Translations under genes and position numbers: made by a program | Shown here: positions 59,964-64,000 of the stretch, piece after piece | Layout: every line of letters begins with the position of its first letter | How positions within the stretch are numbered: the stretch's first letter is position 1 | Notes under the pieces: generated by a model | Database searches by the model: none | What the model saw: only the letters and a program-made list of their open reading frames with translations | What the model was told of the DNA's origin: nothing | NCBI GenBank assembly: GCA_030693425.1 | Contig: JAUYAM010000001.1 | Span: forward strand, 10,858-74,857 | Direction of reading: 5' to 3' | DNA length: 64,000 nt | Source: a bacterium | GTDB taxonomy: Bacteria > Patescibacteriota > Minisyncoccia > Minisyncoccales > GWA2-46-15

Positions 59964-61302
59964 GTTTGAATGGATTGATTTTAACTTTACCAAGTTTAGA
60001 AAATTCTTCCCCGTTTAGAACCTTTTGAATCACATCGCGTAGTTCAGAAATGCCTAATCTTATTTGAGTTTTTGTATCCCTATCTCTTAGAGTAACCGTA
60101 TTGTCATCAAGTGTCTGAAAATCGCAAGTAATCCCCAGAATCGTACCAATCTCGTCCTGGCTGTAATATCTTTTGCCGATATTGCCCCTGTCGTCCCAGG
60201 CAACTGAAAAATCAATTTTTAACATTTCAAAAACCTCCCTGGCTTTCTCTACCAACTCGGGCTTATTAGCTAAAAGTGGAAAAACCGCTGCTTTGTAAGG
60301 CGCGATCCTTGGATTCAGCTTTAAAACGATTCTATCTTTTTCTTCGGTATAAGCATCAATCATTAAGAATAAAAACATTCGGTCAACTCCGCCAGAGGTC
60401 TCTATAATCCAGGGGATGAATTTCTCGTTGGTAGTCGGATCGGTATAATTTAGATCCTGGCCGGAATATTCTCCGTGCCTTGAAAGGTCCCAATCTCCCC
60501 GCCAATGAATCCCTTCTATTTCTTTGCTGCCAAACGGAGATTTCGAATATTCGATATCAAAGGCTTTTTTTGCATAATGAGCCAATTTATCGTGTTGATA
60601 GAATCCGAGATTTTCCGGATGAGTAAACAAGCTTTTGTACCACTTCATTCTCTCCTCTTTCCAAAACTCAAACCATTTGTCTGCCTCTTTGGGATTAATG
60701 AACCATTGGAGGTCCCACTGTTCAAATTCTCTCTGCCGGTAAAGAAAATTTCCCGGGGTAACTTCATTCCTGAAAGCCTTACCGATCTGACAAATGCCAA
60801 AAGGGATTTGCAGCCGGCTTGATTGTAAGACGTTCTTAAAGTTCAAATAAATATTTTGGCAGGCCTCGCCTCGAAGATAGGTTTTTGTTTTCTCGCCCTC
60901 AATTACTCCCAACTCGGTTGATACCAGAATATTGTAATTTCTTGGTTCGGTTAATTTGCCGCCGCAATCTGGACAATTATCGCCTTTTAGATCATCTGCC
61001 TTGAAACGATGATGGCACTTTTTACATTCTGAAAGCGGATCAACAAAACTTTTAACATGGCCGCTGGCCTCCCAAACTTTTGGATGGGTAATAATGGCGC
61101 CGTCAATGCCGACAATATTATCATGTTCCTTTGTCATCCAGCGCCACCACAACTGTTTGAGATTATTTTTCAGTTCCGATCCCAAGGGGCCATAGTCGTA
61201 AAAACCCTGCAATCCTCCATAAATCTCGCTCCCAGGAAAAACAAAGCCCCTTCTTTTGCACAAACTAACAATTTTTTGCATTAAATCCTCCATATATTTC
61301 AT
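59929..61302 (-). CDS. glyQS: Glycyl-tRNA synthetase (alpha2 type)
   Basis: RRGFVFPGSEIYGGLQGFYDYGPLG, plus class II motifs and an anticodon-binding domain. Confidence 0.95.
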   Translation of the reverse strand: MKYMEDLMQKIVSLCKRRGFVFPGSEIYGGLQGFYDYGPLGSELKNNLKQLWWRWMTKEHDNIVGIDGAIITHPKVWEASGHVKSFVDPLSECKKCHHRFKADDLKGDNCPDCGGKLTEPRNYNILVSTELGVIEGEKTKTYLRGEACQNIYLNFKNVLQSSRLQIPFGICQIGKAFRNEVTPGNFLYRQREFEQWDLQWFINPKEADKWFEFWKEERMKWYKSLFTHPENLGFYQHDKLAHYAKKAFDIEYSKSPFGSKEIEGIHWRGDWDLSRHGEYSGQDLNYTDPTTNEKFIPWIIETSGGVDRMFLFLMIDAYTEEKDRIVLKLNPRIAPYKAAVFPLLANKPELVEKAREVFEMLKIDFSVAWDDRGNIGKRYYSQDEIGTILGITCDFQTLDDNTVTLRDRDTKTQIRLGISELRDVIQKVLNGEEFSKLGKVKINPFKHAKKSTSSKRP

Positions 61303-61400
61303 AATTCGTATATTCGTACTTATTCGTAATTCGTAGAGCTACACACTATTGCCATACTTAATTTTCCTACGAATTACTAATTTTTACGAATATACTAATA
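61303..61400. repeat. AT-rich repeat block in the glyQS 5' region (ATTCGTA / TACGAAT units)
   Basis: cataattcgtatattcgtacttattcgtaattcgtag ... cctacgaattactaatttttacgaatatac. Confidence 0.8.
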
Positions 61401-61411
61401 CGCTTATAAAA

Positions 61412-63070
61412 TTATTGAACTATTCCCTGGCTGGGAGTAAAGCCTTCGTCGCTCAAAAGGCCGGTAGTGAGCGTCTGAATAGCAGAAGCAACCGCGTCTT
61501 GGGTCCAGGTATCGTCGCCAAAAGCCTGGGACTTATTGATAATCTCGGCTGTCTGGCCTTGCTGGGAAGCGCTGGGATTCAAAGAAACCTGGAAAGAAAG
61601 ATTAGGGCCTTCTCCGCCGACCCCTTGGCCGGCCTGAACTTCTCCGACCTCCCAGATAATCTCTCTCGACTGGCTGTCGAAAACAAACGAAGAATCTCGG
61701 GGAAAAAGCTGACCGGTCAGGCTGACAAAAGAAGGCAGGGTTGACTTAACCTTAACGTTCCTCAGATCATTATAATAATTTTTTAGCTTCCAGATAACGG
61801 TAAAGGTGGTCGGCTGGCCGACTCTTGGCGGCAGGGGGCCGGAGTTGCCAAAAACTTCATCATTGAAAAAGCCTTGCTGTTCCAAAACCAGCTTTGAATT
61901 TACTTTGACGGCAAACTCTTCCCTGGCCGGAGCCAGGCTGACGCTGTTTTTCAGAAGCAAGTTCTTGGCCTTCGCTTCTGTTAAGAGGAAATCTTGTTTC
62001 AGATTAATCCAGAACTCAACCTTGCCTTCTTCGCCCTCGTCCAGAAACTTGAGCTGGGGATTCTTTTTCCAGTCCCAGACCAGAGAACTGTCGCCCTGAT
62101 GGTAATTGGCGCTTTCGGCTCTCAGGGTTTCCAGATCAAAAAGCAAACCGTCAAGGCCGACCACCAGAAACAGGTTCTCGAAAGGAGAATTTCCGATATT
62201 CTTAAAAAAGACTTCGTAATGGAGAAAATCACCGGCATTGGCAGTGTAGTCAGAAGAGTTGTTGACCAGCTGCGACAGATAAACCATGGGCTTGATGATC
62301 TCCGCCCCCTTGGCCGTTTCCTTCAAGAGGACGAACTTTCCTCCTTGCCAGATTCCTAAGCTTGCCTTAAAAACCTTTTGCTCGCCGACCTCTCCCTTGA
62401 TTCTCCCGGAAATCCTGATCCTTCCGCCCTCGGTCTTGTTGAGAATTGGTATCTGCCACTCATTTGTTTCCATGGCCTGGGGGCTACTTTCTATAAATTC
62501 AAAGCCCGAAGGATAATCAATCTTTGCTCTCAATTGGGAAAGCGGATAATCGATGTTGGAAAAATAATTCAGGGAAAAGCTGAAGTCTTTCTCTGCCTCG
62601 ATCCTCGAGGGAATATCTAATTCAAAAGTCAGCGGGGAAAATTTAATGACCGCCGCCTGGGTGGTCGAAACTTCGTAGCGGGCTCTCAGGTTCTTGGGCT
62701 GAAACTCCAGCCAGGCTTTCGCCTTTTTTAATTCGTTTTCTCTTCCCAAGATTCTTGCCTGAAAAGTGATAGTTTTCTCCTCTCCCGGATAAATGTCGCC
62801 TATTTCTTTTTCAAGCCTGAGTTTTCCGTCCTCCACTAAAGAGTCCTCCGGATATTCAAAGGTCAGCCTGGCGCCGGTCAAGGTGATTTCGCCGTTGTTC
62901 TTGTATTTCAGGACGTAATCAACTTTCTGGCCGACCTCGACCGTATCCGGCCCCAAGATTTCCAGCTTTAAGGTGTCTTTTGAGAAGACGTTTCTCTGGA
63001 AGTACCAAAAGCCAAAACCGACCAGAGCCAGAACCAGAATGATGATCGGACGAATGAGTTTTCTAGACAT
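61412..63070 (-). CDS. Membrane-anchored protein with repeated beta-sandwich-like (DUF11/CARDB-like) segments
   Basis: N-terminal TM helix LIRPIIILVLALVGFGFWYF, then repeated blocks of about 100 aa (...Y.L.YKN.G...L....L...). No family assigned with confidence. ATG at 63070 chosen. Confidence 0.6.
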   Translation of the reverse strand: MSRKLIRPIIILVLALVGFGFWYFQRNVFSKDTLKLEILGPDTVEVGQKVDYVLKYKNNGEITLTGARLTFEYPEDSLVEDGKLRLEKEIGDIYPGEEKTITFQARILGRENELKKAKAWLEFQPKNLRARYEVSTTQAAVIKFSPLTFELDIPSRIEAEKDFSFSLNYFSNIDYPLSQLRAKIDYPSGFEFIESSPQAMETNEWQIPILNKTEGGRIRISGRIKGEVGEQKVFKASLGIWQGGKFVLLKETAKGAEIIKPMVYLSQLVNNSSDYTANAGDFLHYEVFFKNIGNSPFENLFLVVGLDGLLFDLETLRAESANYHQGDSSLVWDWKKNPQLKFLDEGEEGKVEFWINLKQDFLLTEAKAKNLLLKNSVSLAPAREEFAVKVNSKLVLEQQGFFNDEVFGNSGPLPPRVGQPTTFTVIWKLKNYYNDLRNVKVKSTLPSFVSLTGQLFPRDSSFVFDSQSREIIWEVGEVQAGQGVGGEGPNLSFQVSLNPSASQQGQTAEIINKSQAFGDDTWTQDAVASAIQTLTTGLLSDEGFTPSQGIVQ

Positions 63071-63074
63071 AATT

Positions 63075-63803
63075 CTATTTTCCCTCAAAAATATGGTAAA
63101 GATAATGCCTGCTGATAATTTTTAAATCTTGAAGCGGTTCGGGTTCGATTTTCAGCGCTTTTAAAGCTTCCCAGTCCTGATCAAGGAAAATCTTTAAAGT
63201 CTTGACGAGTCCGGCATCCAGCTTCCCTACCTTTGTTTTTACTTTATTGAGACAATTTTTACAAACCAATCCCCCTTCCTTGACCGCCCAAAAAACCTGA
63301 GCCGAGAATGTCTGCTTCCGGCAATAAAGGCATTTGTCCAGTTCCGGGCGATATCCCAAAAGGCTTAAAAACTTCCAGAAAAAGAAATGATAGAACAATG
63401 AGGCTTTGGCTGGAACTAATTCTTCCTGATTGAGTTTGAAAAAAAACTTTTTGAGCATCAGCCAGAGATTGTCGTCTGATTCTTGATCTCTTACCAGGCC
63501 GCAGAAGATTTTACTGAAACTATAGGCAAGCCTGAGTTTTAAAAGGTTCTTTCTGATGCCGAAAAAGTTCTCGACTAACAAAGCGCCAGTCAGGGTTTTT
63601 TGGATTTTCCCTTGGATAAACTCGATTTCCGACAGATAAAAAACGTCGATCGCGCCCCTCAATTTTGAACTCGGCTTGCGAACCGCCTTGGCCAGGACGA
63701 CGATTTTACCGAAATCCTTGGTAAAAACCGTAAAAAGCTGGTCGGCTTCTCCCCTGTTCTCTTTTTTTAAAACAAACCCTTGGGTTCGATGGTATAAAAA
63801 CAC
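63075..63803 (-). CDS. recO: DNA repair protein RecO
   Basis: OB-fold start RTQGFVLKKENRGEADQLFTVFTKDFGKI and a Cys4 zinc motif (CLYC...CKNC). Confidence 0.85.
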   Translation of the reverse strand: MFLYHRTQGFVLKKENRGEADQLFTVFTKDFGKIVVLAKAVRKPSSKLRGAIDVFYLSEIEFIQGKIQKTLTGALLVENFFGIRKNLLKLRLAYSFSKIFCGLVRDQESDDNLWLMLKKFFFKLNQEELVPAKASLFYHFFFWKFLSLLGYRPELDKCLYCRKQTFSAQVFWAVKEGGLVCKNCLNKVKTKVGKLDAGLVKTLKIFLDQDWEALKALKIEPEPLQDLKIISRHYLYHIFEGK

Positions 63804-63808
63804 GAAGC

Positions 63809-64000
63809 TTATGACTTTTCAACTTTCAGTAAAAACTTGCCTCCGCCAAGCTTCACTTCGTCTTGGGGAGCGAATTTCTCATTGTCTGCCAGAATCAAAT
63901 CAGTAGCAATCACTTCTTTTAAGATTTTCTCCCTGTTCTTTGTTAAAAATTGTAACTGGTTTTGCGCCCCTTGGTAATAGACAATAATTTTATCTTGGGG
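63809..64000 (-). CDS. C-terminal end of an unidentified protein (gene runs off the window end)
   Basis: Open minus-strand frame ...KIIVYYQGAQNQLQFLTKNREKILKEVIATDLILADNEKFAPQDEVKLGGGKFLLKVEKS, with a stop at 63809. Confidence 0.3.
   Translation of the reverse strand, partial: PQDKIIVYYQGAQNQLQFLTKNREKILKEVIATDLILADNEKFAPQDEVKLGGGKFLLKVEKS

Overview
Gene-dense bacterial fragment, mostly transcribed on the minus strand. The content looks like a reduced Candidate Phyla Radiation/Patescibacteria-type genome (inference only): short, domain-trimmed housekeeping proteins, many aaRS and cell-division genes, ComEC, no biosynthetic operons, and free-standing LAGLIDADG genes.

Recognisable genes:
- Defence: a complete type II m5C restriction-modification cassette with Vsr (310-2874).
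- Proteostasis and metabolism: clpB, htrA plus an apparently inactive protease paralog, Glu/Leu/Phe/Val dehydrogenase.
- Envelope: a glycoside hydrolase/EamA/glycosyltransferase block, then comEC.
- dNTP supply cluster: nrdG, tdk, dNK, a homing endonuclease, nrdD.
- Housekeeping: ftsZ, ftsA, ybeY, yqeY, rpsU, hisS, lepB, pth, mfd, topA, rel, a GH1 glucosidase, tRNA-Leu(CAA), folD, glyA, tsaD, a TsaC-TsaE fusion, murA, leuS, tatD, metG, rsmI, glyQS, recO.

Mobile and repetitive content:
- Three free-standing LAGLIDADG homing endonuclease genes: after nrdD, before topA, and 7 nt after tRNA-Leu.
- Several families of short AT-rich tandem repeats and GC-rich hairpins. They occur both in 5' UTRs and in frame inside conserved genes.

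The most unusual region is 50.5-55.4 kb on the minus strand. Four micro-ORFs packed with Phe/Tyr/Trp codons are each followed by an intrinsic terminator, and each carries a built-in decoy of that terminator's 3' arm. This is a leader-peptide attenuator architecture. These modules sit in front of two divergent PvcA/Dit1-like (isonitrile-synthase family) enzymes, and in front of strongly SD-driven micro-peptide genes. The micro-peptides include a paralogous cationic family sharing M-x-R-W-x-F-R-G-R-C-T-F.

No rRNA genes, CRISPR arrays or transposases were seen.
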